Below are positions 10,478 to 17,467 of a DNA stretch of 32,000 nucleotides, in pieces. The DNA comes from Fidelibacterota bacterium. Its GTDB lineage: Bacteria; Fidelibacterota; Marinisomatia; Marinisomatales; TCS55. How positions within the stretch are numbered: position 1 is the stretch's first letter; each line of letters begins with the position of its first letter. The DNA lies in assembly GCA_046861385.1 (NCBI GenBank), contig JBHHTW010000013.1:25493-57492 (forward strand), written 5' to 3'. A model generated the notes under the pieces. It saw only the letters and a program-made list of their open reading frames with translations. It had not been told where the DNA came from and did not search any database. A program made the position numbers and the translations under genes.

Positions 10478-11877
10478 GAAAAGTTAATTATAGTTTTATA
10501 TCAATATTATTGCTAATTACATCCTTATTGTTTGGAGCTACACGCGTGGCATATACACGCCCGGGTTTTATGATGAAAATTCCATCATCAAGCGTTCAGA
10601 AAGCGCCCTATTTATTCCGTACTGGTTTTGGGACAGAATTGCACAATTTTAATCCGTTTAATTCCGCCCAGGGTATTTATTTTGATATGGAACTTGGGAA
10701 AAACTTCACATTTGGTTTTTCATCTGTACAAACAGCCGATACAACGGCGCTTGCTTTGCTGGGAACAACCGGATACACTCCTCCTGTAGAATTTGGATTT
10801 CACATACAGCAACGAGTCTACACTTATAATAATATTTCTCTTTCAATTGGTCTCCAAGACATCGTATTTCAAAACGCTGAAAGCGGCGGGTTAAGCCTTA
10901 ACCCCGAGGAACTTTCCTTTTTTGCTGTCGTCAGCAGCGAGAAAAATCTCGGGAAATATCATTTAAGTACCTTTATGGGTTTTGGCTCTGGAGGTTTTTC
11001 TCCAGCGGACACACTTGTTGATACAACAACCGCGATCACTAGTACAGCATCGAACAATACGACAACCCAGGCAGGTGTTTTTATGGGGTTAATAATGAAC
11101 ACGCCATACTTGGAAAAATGGGGTGGTATTGATATTGTGGGTGAATTTGATGGTACAGGCATCAATGTGGGACTCCGCATCCCCCTTACCTCGGATTATC
11201 GCCTGAACCTTGGGTTCACCCACATAGAAAAACTTCCAGATTTCAAAACCCGTTATTGGGAAGGGCATCCAGGGGTCACCCTCGGCTTTGATATGGCAGT
11301 TCCAAAAACAGGACGCACTCCATCGTCAGAGGGCTTTGGAGGACCGTCGCCCCTTCCCGGCTCACAATTAAAACTTCCGGGAACCGGTCAATATGAATCA
11401 CTCTCTTCGTCAGCGGATTCAACATTAGCGCTTGCAGATTATGCGGTTCATACTGTCCGAGACTCCATGACGATGTTGAAAAACGAAATGCGCAACCTGA
11501 TGGTTAACTTGGCTTCTATCCAACAGCAATCTCAATTTTTAGAGGATTCATTATTGGCAATGAAACTGAATCGTAATGTAGATGAAAAAAACATGAACGA
11601 AGCCATGCGGCATTTGTCTCGGTCGTTAAGATATTTTTATTCCGGGGATTACAGAGCAGCCTTACAAGAGGTGGAATCTGCTTTGGACTTAAACCCGAAT
11701 CTGGCTTTAGCCTATGCCCGTCGAGGATCTATATACTATAAACTTGGAGATATTCAACGAGCAACCATCAACTGGAATCTAGCATTGCGCATGGATCCCG
11801 AATATGATGATGTCAGAAACATTTTAAAAGCCCTACACGAAAACCGTTTAAAATCGACGAGTGTAGTAGAGGAGTAA
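10474..11877 (+). CDS. Secreted beta-rich (possibly outer-membrane) domain, coiled coil and C-terminal TPR protein
   Basis: The GTG start overlaps the upstream stop (GTGA). The signal peptide is MRKVNYSFISILLLITSLLFGA. About 280 aa are Gly/aromatic-rich with alternating strands, followed by a coiled coil (MTMLKNEMRNLMVNLASIQQQSQFLEDSLLAMKL). TPRs close the protein (YSGDYRAALQEVESALDLNPNLALAYARRGSIYYKLGDIQRATINWNLALRMDP). Confidence 0.6.
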   Translation: MRKVNYSFISILLLITSLLFGATRVAYTRPGFMMKIPSSSVQKAPYLFRTGFGTELHNFNPFNSAQGIYFDMELGKNFTFGFSSVQTADTTALALLGTTGYTPPVEFGFHIQQRVYTYNNISLSIGLQDIVFQNAESGGLSLNPEELSFFAVVSSEKNLGKYHLSTFMGFGSGGFSPADTLVDTTTAITSTASNNTTTQAGVFMGLIMNTPYLEKWGGIDIVGEFDGTGINVGLRIPLTSDYRLNLGFTHIEKLPDFKTRYWEGHPGVTLGFDMAVPKTGRTPSSEGFGGPSPLPGSQLKLPGTGQYESLSSSADSTLALADYAVHTVRDSMTMLKNEMRNLMVNLASIQQQSQFLEDSLLAMKLNRNVDEKNMNEAMRHLSRSLRYFYSGDYRAALQEVESALDLNPNLALAYARRGSIYYKLGDIQRATINWNLALRMDPEYDDVRNILKALHENRLKSTSVVEE

Positions 11878-11881
11878 ATAG

Positions 11882-12664
11882 ATGGATATTGCAACACTAA
11901 TAGGAATAATACTTGGTTTAGGCTCTATTTTCAGCGGAATATTTCTTGCTGCATCGTCTGCAAATGCCGGTATGGGAGGTTTCGTATCACCTTCAAGCTT
12001 TGCGATTGTTGTGGGAGGAATGATTGCCTCCGTTTCTGTCGCTTTCCCCTTATCCGATGTTTTACAGCTGGGAGCGGCAATGGGTGCGGTGCTGAAAGGT
12101 GGAAAACTGAAACTGGGCACTGTTGTCGATGATGCAGTAGTGACAGCTGAAGTGGGAAGAAAAGGAGCGGCTGAATTAGAAAAAGCATTAGATGGAGTAA
12201 AAAATCCATTTTTTAAAGATGGCGTACAAATGGTAGTGGACGGTTATTCGTTGGATGAATTGACCGAGATTCTGGAAACCCGCATTGAGTATAGGGAGAT
12301 TCGCGAAAAAACACAAGCCGGGTTATTTAAATCGATGGGTACCATGGCGCCCGCCTGGGGGATGATAGGAACACTGATTGGGTTGGTAATTATGTTATCT
12401 GGTTTTGGCGGTGAAGGCGGAGCAGATGCGCTTGGTCCCGGTATGTCAGCAGCATTGATTACTACATTCTATGGCGCTGTTTTAGCGAATTTGTTTTTTC
12501 TACCCATGAGTGAAAAATTAAATACAAGAATTAGTTTTACCAGCACAATGCAAGCGATGCTTGTTGAAGCAGCGCGATTAATCCATCAGAAGAAGCACCC
12601 GTTAATTGTTCGGGAAAAATTAAATTCCTTTATTCCTCCTAAGGAGTGGAAAAAAGAAGATTAA
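11882..12664 (+). CDS. motA: Flagellar-type stator protein MotA/PomA (MotA/TolQ/ExbB proton-channel family)
   Basis: 260 aa with a 2+2 TM layout and a large cytoplasmic loop between TM2 and TM3. TM3 is MAPAWGMIGTLIGLV and TM4 is MSAALITTFYGAVLANLFFLPMSEKL, carrying both conserved MotA prolines. A GAGGAG SD lies 7 nt upstream. Confidence 0.9.
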   Translation: MDIATLIGIILGLGSIFSGIFLAASSANAGMGGFVSPSSFAIVVGGMIASVSVAFPLSDVLQLGAAMGAVLKGGKLKLGTVVDDAVVTAEVGRKGAAELEKALDGVKNPFFKDGVQMVVDGYSLDELTEILETRIEYREIREKTQAGLFKSMGTMAPAWGMIGTLIGLVIMLSGFGGEGGADALGPGMSAALITTFYGAVLANLFFLPMSEKLNTRISFTSTMQAMLVEAARLIHQKKHPLIVREKLNSFIPPKEWKKED

Positions 12665-12668
12665 TTAA

Positions 12669-13460
12669 ATGCCAAAAACAGCTAAAGAACAAAAAGCCTA
12701 TAAAGCAGGCATCGCACAAGGAAAAACCCTTGTAGACGAAGGTCTACCCGGGTGGTTTGGAACTTTTGCTGATATGATGACGCTCTTGTTTGCGTTCTTC
12801 GTTCTGTTGGCGGCTATATCAACAATTGATCCTGTAAAGTTGCAGGAAATGGCTGATGCCATGGGTAAGTCTGTGGGTAGTAAGATAAAAAAGGAAAGCC
12901 AGGCTATGAACTTAGCGGACATTAAGAAAGCAGTTCAGGAAATGGTAAAAGAAATGCAAGAAGACTCTGAAACTGGAGAAACACCGGTTGAAGTTACTAC
13001 CGGGCCAAAAGGAGTAACCATTGGAATTTCATCTGATATAAGCTTTGCCTCCGGATCAGCAAAAACAAAACCGCAGATTGTTGATATATTGACAAAAATT
13101 GTACCCACCATAGAGAAGTCTTATTTCCAGATAGCTGTGGAGGGACATACAGACAATGAAAAACTACCTGAAGCATTACAAGTCAAATATCCCACAAATT
13201 GGGAGCTGTCGTCTGCCAGAGCATCGGCGGTTGTAAGAGAATTAATTAGACTGGGGGTGAACCCCACTCGATTGGAAGCAGTGGGTTATGGCGAATATGT
13301 TCCGCGGGATCGCGCGTCACATGAGTTAATTACGGCTGAGGTGATAATGAAATATAATAACACACAGGACCAAAAATCCAGAAACAGGCGTGTGGAAATT
13401 ACATTCCTGGCTCCAAGTTACAGCAGGGCCGGTGGAGATGAAAGCGAGAGCAATTCATAG
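12669..13460 (+). CDS. motB: Flagellar-type stator protein MotB (OmpA-like peptidoglycan-binding domain)
   Basis: PGWFGTFADMMTLLFAFFVLL holds the conserved channel Asp at the start of the single TM. The C-terminal OmpA-like motifs are VEGHTDN...NWELSSARASAV...NRRVEI. Confidence 0.9.
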   Translation: MPKTAKEQKAYKAGIAQGKTLVDEGLPGWFGTFADMMTLLFAFFVLLAAISTIDPVKLQEMADAMGKSVGSKIKKESQAMNLADIKKAVQEMVKEMQEDSETGETPVEVTTGPKGVTIGISSDISFASGSAKTKPQIVDILTKIVPTIEKSYFQIAVEGHTDNEKLPEALQVKYPTNWELSSARASAVVRELIRLGVNPTRLEAVGYGEYVPRDRASHELITAEVIMKYNNTQDQKSRNRRVEITFLAPSYSRAGGDESESNS

Positions 13461-13504
13461 CCAAATGAATTATGAGAAAAATTTCGATAAGCAAAGGAGC
13501 TATC

Positions 13505-15043
13505 ATGAGAAAAGTTAATATTTACTGTAGATCATTTATACTGGCAATATTTTGCCTCAGTGTGAGCTGGGGACAGAATAATAATTATTTAGCCCAGAAA
13601 TTGATGGTTGAAAATGATTTGCGCCAGCGTATAACTGATGCTTTATCTAAAATTATTGATGACAGAAAATATGTTATCGATGTTAAAGCCGATATTGAAA
13701 TCAGTGATGGTACGGAAGAACAAATCACCATCATGGGAGAAGGAAAACAACCACCGTCAGGTCAAGTATTAGAAGATGTATCATCGGATTTACAACAATC
13801 ATTAGAAAAGCCTTCTTCTGACAGATCTTCCGGTATATCAAGCGGCTTGCCTATCCCCGGATTCGAGTTTGAATCAGATGGTGGAGACGCTTACGCGGCA
13901 GAAACCGGAACCGAACCTGAAATGTTAACTCAAAGCACCCCTTCTTTAAGCTCCAGTCAAAAGAGTAATATATTATCAAGAACTGTAACGAGTCGCCGCC
14001 CATCGAAAGCAATAATTACAAAATTGGATATCAGTATTATTTTACAGGAAGGAGCCGCTCCGGAATTGATTGAAAATATACGTCAAGTCGTTATGGTTTC
14101 TTCCGGTTTTAATAGAGCCCGGGGCGATGCCTTAAGTATTATGACAGCTACGTTTAAAGAACGACGAGACGAAAAAACAGCGGAACAGATTTTATTAAAA
14201 AATATTGCTGAAAAACTTGAATCTCTGGAACAGCAGCAATCAGGCGACGGTTCTGTTCACTGGAAAGATGAACTGGATAGCTATAAAGCTCAGGAAGAAG
14301 AAAGGCGCGAGCAAGATAAATTGTATTTCCAGCAGCAACTCACTAATCTGGAATCAGAAGCAAGAAATCGTGCGTATCAAACAGAAAAAAGAGAGATGTT
14401 AAGACGTGATTCCTTAAAACTTATAGAGTTAAACAAAGAAATCAATGACTTAAAATCAATGATGGCTTCTTCTGATGTTTCGGTGGATGAAGTTGGACAG
14501 GCCCAAAATGCCATCGGTGAAAAAATCAGCGAGAAAGAATCGCTGGATGTAAAAATTGCTGAAAAACTGGCCATGCTTGATGCGGTTCAATCCGATCTTG
14601 ATCGCAGTATGGGCGGTGGGCCTTCTACAATGATGGTTGTTTTCGTTTCCCTTTTGGGTGCGTTGGTAATCGTCTTGGTTGTGGCGCTGATAATCATAAT
14701 GATGGGAAATAAACAAAAACAGCAACTTCCACCCCCGTGGATGTACCCACCTCGGCCTCGGAAAAAAAAAAGTAAAAATAAACCAGTGACACCCATTACC
14801 CAACCGGCGCCATCTGCACCTGCACCCCGACCTGTTGAAGATACTGCCGTTCTGCAAAGCGAAGTTTCTGATATGAAACAAGCCGTTGTCTCCATGAGCG
14901 TTGGGCAACCGGGTACTGCCACAAGAATTGTAAAAGAATGGATGGAAGACGATGTGCCGCCGCCAGAACCGGAACCGGCTGCTCCTGTGGAAGCTGAAGA
15001 AGAAGATAGCGGTAAAAAGAAAAAGAAAAAAAAGAAAAAGTAA
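13505..15043 (+). CDS. Reduced FliF-like (MS-ring-like) bitopic membrane protein
   Basis: The ATG at 13505 has an AAGGAG SD 5 nt upstream; the track start 13472 is less likely. After an N-terminal hydrophobic segment, ENDLRQRITDALSKIIDDRKYVIDVKADIEIS resembles the start of FliF RBM3. ITKLDISIILQEG..IENIRQVVMVSSGFNRARGDALSIMTATF (about 14009-14155) resembles its end (RLSVAVVV...A.GF...RGD...V....F). About 150 aa of E/Q/K-rich coiled coil follow, then TM2 (14630-14704) and a Pro-rich tail. The tail contains GTATRIVKEWMEDD (14912-14953), which resembles the FliG-binding C-terminal helix of FliF, then an acidic stretch and K9. Confidence 0.55.
   Translation: MRKVNIYCRSFILAIFCLSVSWGQNNNYLAQKLMVENDLRQRITDALSKIIDDRKYVIDVKADIEISDGTEEQITIMGEGKQPPSGQVLEDVSSDLQQSLEKPSSDRSSGISSGLPIPGFEFESDGGDAYAAETGTEPEMLTQSTPSLSSSQKSNILSRTVTSRRPSKAIITKLDISIILQEGAAPELIENIRQVVMVSSGFNRARGDALSIMTATFKERRDEKTAEQILLKNIAEKLESLEQQQSGDGSVHWKDELDSYKAQEEERREQDKLYFQQQLTNLESEARNRAYQTEKREMLRRDSLKLIELNKEINDLKSMMASSDVSVDEVGQAQNAIGEKISEKESLDVKIAEKLAMLDAVQSDLDRSMGGGPSTMMVVFVSLLGALVIVLVVALIIIMMGNKQKQQLPPPWMYPPRPRKKKSKNKPVTPITQPAPSAPAPRPVEDTAVLQSEVSDMKQAVVSMSVGQPGTATRIVKEWMEDDVPPPEPEPAAPVEAEEEDSGKKKKKKKKK
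14762..14771 (+). repeat. A10 homopolymer inside the FliF-like CDS (encodes RKKKSK)
   Basis: Read directly: g-aaaaaaaaaa-gt at 14761-14773. A second purine-only Lys-coding tract, (AAA/AAG)x9, lies at 15014-15040. Confidence 0.9.
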
Positions 15044-15052
15044 GGTAACAAT

Positions 15053-15985
15053 ATGATTACAGATTACAATAGACTTTCCGGTCTGCAAAAAGCAGCCGTT
15101 CTTTTCTCCGTTTTAGGTGAGGGGTTAGCTCTCTCTCTTGTTAAAGATCTTTCAAAGACTGAAATTCGAAAAGTACGAGCAGCGATGCGCGATTTGGATA
15201 ATGTCTCATTTTTAATAAAAAAACGAGTTATGGAAGAATTTTACTTCAGTTTTGTCAGTGAAAAATTTTATGATGAAAATTCTGACGAACCCAAAAAACC
15301 GTTCTCATTTTTAGACGATATTACAGATGAACAATTATTTGCGCTCATTAAACCAGAATCTGCATCAGTGGCCGCCATTGTTTTGGCACAGATTCCGGGA
15401 GAAAGACGAATGAAAATTGTGGAGCGGTTCGATGCTATGTCAAAAGGTGAAATCATTATGGAAATGGGAAATCTAAAGGATATTCCACTTGAAGCGGTCG
15501 TAAGCGTTGCAACCGACCTAATGAAAAAATCCAAATTATTACCCAAAACAGTTGCTTTCTCCCGGGGCGGAGGAAAAGATATTGCTGACATTCTTGGCGG
15601 ATTATCATCGGAGGAAGAAAAATTATTTCTTGAAAATATTTCTCGAGAAAACCCGGAATTAGCAGATGATATTAAAAAATATCATTTGACCTGGGAGATC
15701 ATATTCGAAGTATTACCCGACAGCACGTTACGCGATTTAATGAATTCTGTCGAACTGGATTCCATTGCCATGGCGCTGAAAGGAATGCCGGAAGACGTTG
15801 TGAATCGGGTGATCGAAAATCTACCGCAAAAGAAACAGGCTATGTATGAACCGGTTGAAGGGGCTGTTTCCAAGCGGGAAGTTGATAATGCAAGAAAACA
15901 AATTGTATCCTCCGCGAAAAAAATGGAAAAAGACGGAGCTTTCAATCTGTCGGACTTAGTCGGCGGTGGAGACATGGTAGAATAA
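15053..15985 (+). CDS. fliG: FliG homologue (rotor/torque-ring protein), short form with a degenerate FliM-binding motif
   Basis: 310 aa, collinear with FliG over its whole length. Matches are LSGLQKAAVLFSVLGEGLALSLVKDLSKTEI (FliG-N), KPFSFL, GGGKDIADIL, ENPELADDIKK, IAMALKGMPEDVVNRVIENLPQKK and the charged C-terminal helix SKREVDNARKQIV. Confidence 0.85.
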   Translation: MITDYNRLSGLQKAAVLFSVLGEGLALSLVKDLSKTEIRKVRAAMRDLDNVSFLIKKRVMEEFYFSFVSEKFYDENSDEPKKPFSFLDDITDEQLFALIKPESASVAAIVLAQIPGERRMKIVERFDAMSKGEIIMEMGNLKDIPLEAVVSVATDLMKKSKLLPKTVAFSRGGGKDIADILGGLSSEEEKLFLENISRENPELADDIKKYHLTWEIIFEVLPDSTLRDLMNSVELDSIAMALKGMPEDVVNRVIENLPQKKQAMYEPVEGAVSKREVDNARKQIVSSAKKMEKDGAFNLSDLVGGGDMVE

Positions 15986-16011
15986 GATCTTTGTAGGATA
16001 AATTTATTACA

Positions 16012-16047
16012 AACAGCCTTCGCTAATTGAGAGGGCTGTTTTATTTT
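16012..16047 (+). terminator. Rho-independent terminator ending the rotor-stator operon
   Basis: The stem CAGCCTTC (16014-16021) pairs with GAGGGCTG (16031-16038), with one G-U pair and a 9-nt loop. TTTTATTTT follows. It lies 27 nt after the fliG-like stop. Confidence 0.65.
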
Positions 16048-16159
16048 CAGCCCGATGTTAAACGACATAAAAATTCTAACATAAACTTATATAAAGAAAG
16101 AGATGTAAGAACTTTCTTGGGACAGCGAAGAAATAGATACCTAATGCAAGGCGGGTAAA

Positions 16160-17467
16160 TTGAATAATTTGATTGAAAAAATAGAAGAATATATTTTATC
16201 AGGATGTACCCATAAAGAAAACAGGGCAATTGGTGTAGAAGTAGAATCTATTATCTATAACAAACGCGGTGAACGAATTCCGGTAGATTCCAAAGAAGAA
16301 TTTTCAGCATTAGATTTTATCGATAGGATTACATCTGAATGCGAGGATCATCATTCATTTGTAACCTGCTCTCTGGAGCCGGGCGGCCAGGTGGAATGGG
16401 CATCCAAACCGGCCGTTACGATTCATGAATTAAACGATGAATTAAACACAATTAAAAATGCAGTTAAAATAGTGTGTTCGGAAAATGATTTAACGGTAGT
16501 AGATTTAAGCCTTGATCCTGTTTATGGGCCAAATGAGATTAAACTAATTAATCAGAAAAAATACCAGTTGATGCACAAACGATTTACGTCATCGGGAACA
16601 CTCGGCCCATGGATGATGCGTAATACGGCGAGTGTTCAAATAAATATTGATTTGCTTGATAAACAAGATGCAGAAGAATGTGGATTTATTGCCGATTGTA
16701 TCAGCCCTTTTGCCGCCATGATGTTTTCCAATGCGCCATTCATGAAAAGCCAACCCGTCGGATATGAAAATATTCGGTATAAAATCTGGGCGGATACAGA
16801 TTCTCCGCGTTGCGGTTATTTTATGGATCATGGAATGAATGATAGCGACGGTCTAATATCACAATTCGCTGAATATATTCTGGATGTTCCTGTTATTTTT
16901 ACAACTCCGGATCAACAAAATGAAGTGGGATATTTTAACGGCACCATTGGTGAATGGCTGACGGCAATAGAAGAAAAAAAACAGATAAAGTATGACGATA
17001 TTAAAACAGCGCTCCACCAAATATTTACCCATAATCGTTTCAAAAGCGTTTTGGAAATTCGTTCACCGGATAGACCACCACATGGATATGAATTAGCTCC
17101 GGCAGCTTATTGGACAGGGTTGATGGAAAAAGGAAAAATCAGAGAATCATTATTAGAAACACTTTCAAGCTGGACGATAAAAGAACGGACGGCAATGAAT
17201 CTAAAAGCCCTTTCGATTGATATAAAACAAGACGGTCCAAAACAAAAGTCTATTTTGCAATGGTTGGAATGGTTTGCGGAATTAGCGCTCGAAGGTCTTG
17301 AGAACAGGGCGAGCCGCCTGAATATTCCATCAGAAAAAAGGTATATTGAACCATTCACAAACGATATTTTTTCAAAGGGAATTTTCTCCCTTCAGGTTCA
17401 GGAAGATTTTGCTAAACAGAGTAAGTCCGTAAAAGACTTCATATTAAGGAAACGAGAGAATGATTAA
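16160..17467 (+). CDS. Glutamate-cysteine ligase family protein (plant/proteobacterial GCS2-like type)
   Basis: 435 aa. GVEVES near the N-terminus, SLEPGGQVEWAS and KIWADTDSPRCGYF resemble the conserved blocks of type-2 gamma-glutamylcysteine synthetases. The start codon (TTG in the track) is uncertain. Confidence 0.7.
   Translation: MNNLIEKIEEYILSGCTHKENRAIGVEVESIIYNKRGERIPVDSKEEFSALDFIDRITSECEDHHSFVTCSLEPGGQVEWASKPAVTIHELNDELNTIKNAVKIVCSENDLTVVDLSLDPVYGPNEIKLINQKKYQLMHKRFTSSGTLGPWMMRNTASVQINIDLLDKQDAEECGFIADCISPFAAMMFSNAPFMKSQPVGYENIRYKIWADTDSPRCGYFMDHGMNDSDGLISQFAEYILDVPVIFTTPDQQNEVGYFNGTIGEWLTAIEEKKQIKYDDIKTALHQIFTHNRFKSVLEIRSPDRPPHGYELAPAAYWTGLMEKGKIRESLLETLSSWTIKERTAMNLKALSIDIKQDGPKQKSILQWLEWFAELALEGLENRASRLNIPSEKRYIEPFTNDIFSKGIFSLQVQEDFAKQSKSVKDFILRKREND

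Noticed and set aside
10474-13525. The third accessory gene and the FliF-like gene both begin MRKVN, from a near-identical 13-nt string GAGAAAAGTTAAT
   Set aside because: The similarity stops after five codons. Basic N-regions of signal peptides commonly begin MRK/MKK, so this is probably coincidence rather than duplication or a shared regulatory element.
14456-15088. Long minus-strand ORFs (210 aa and 154 aa) antisense to the FliF-like gene tail
   Set aside because: They are artefacts of the Pro/Lys/Glu-rich, purine-skewed coding tract on the plus strand. Their translations are poly-F/poly-G low-complexity strings.
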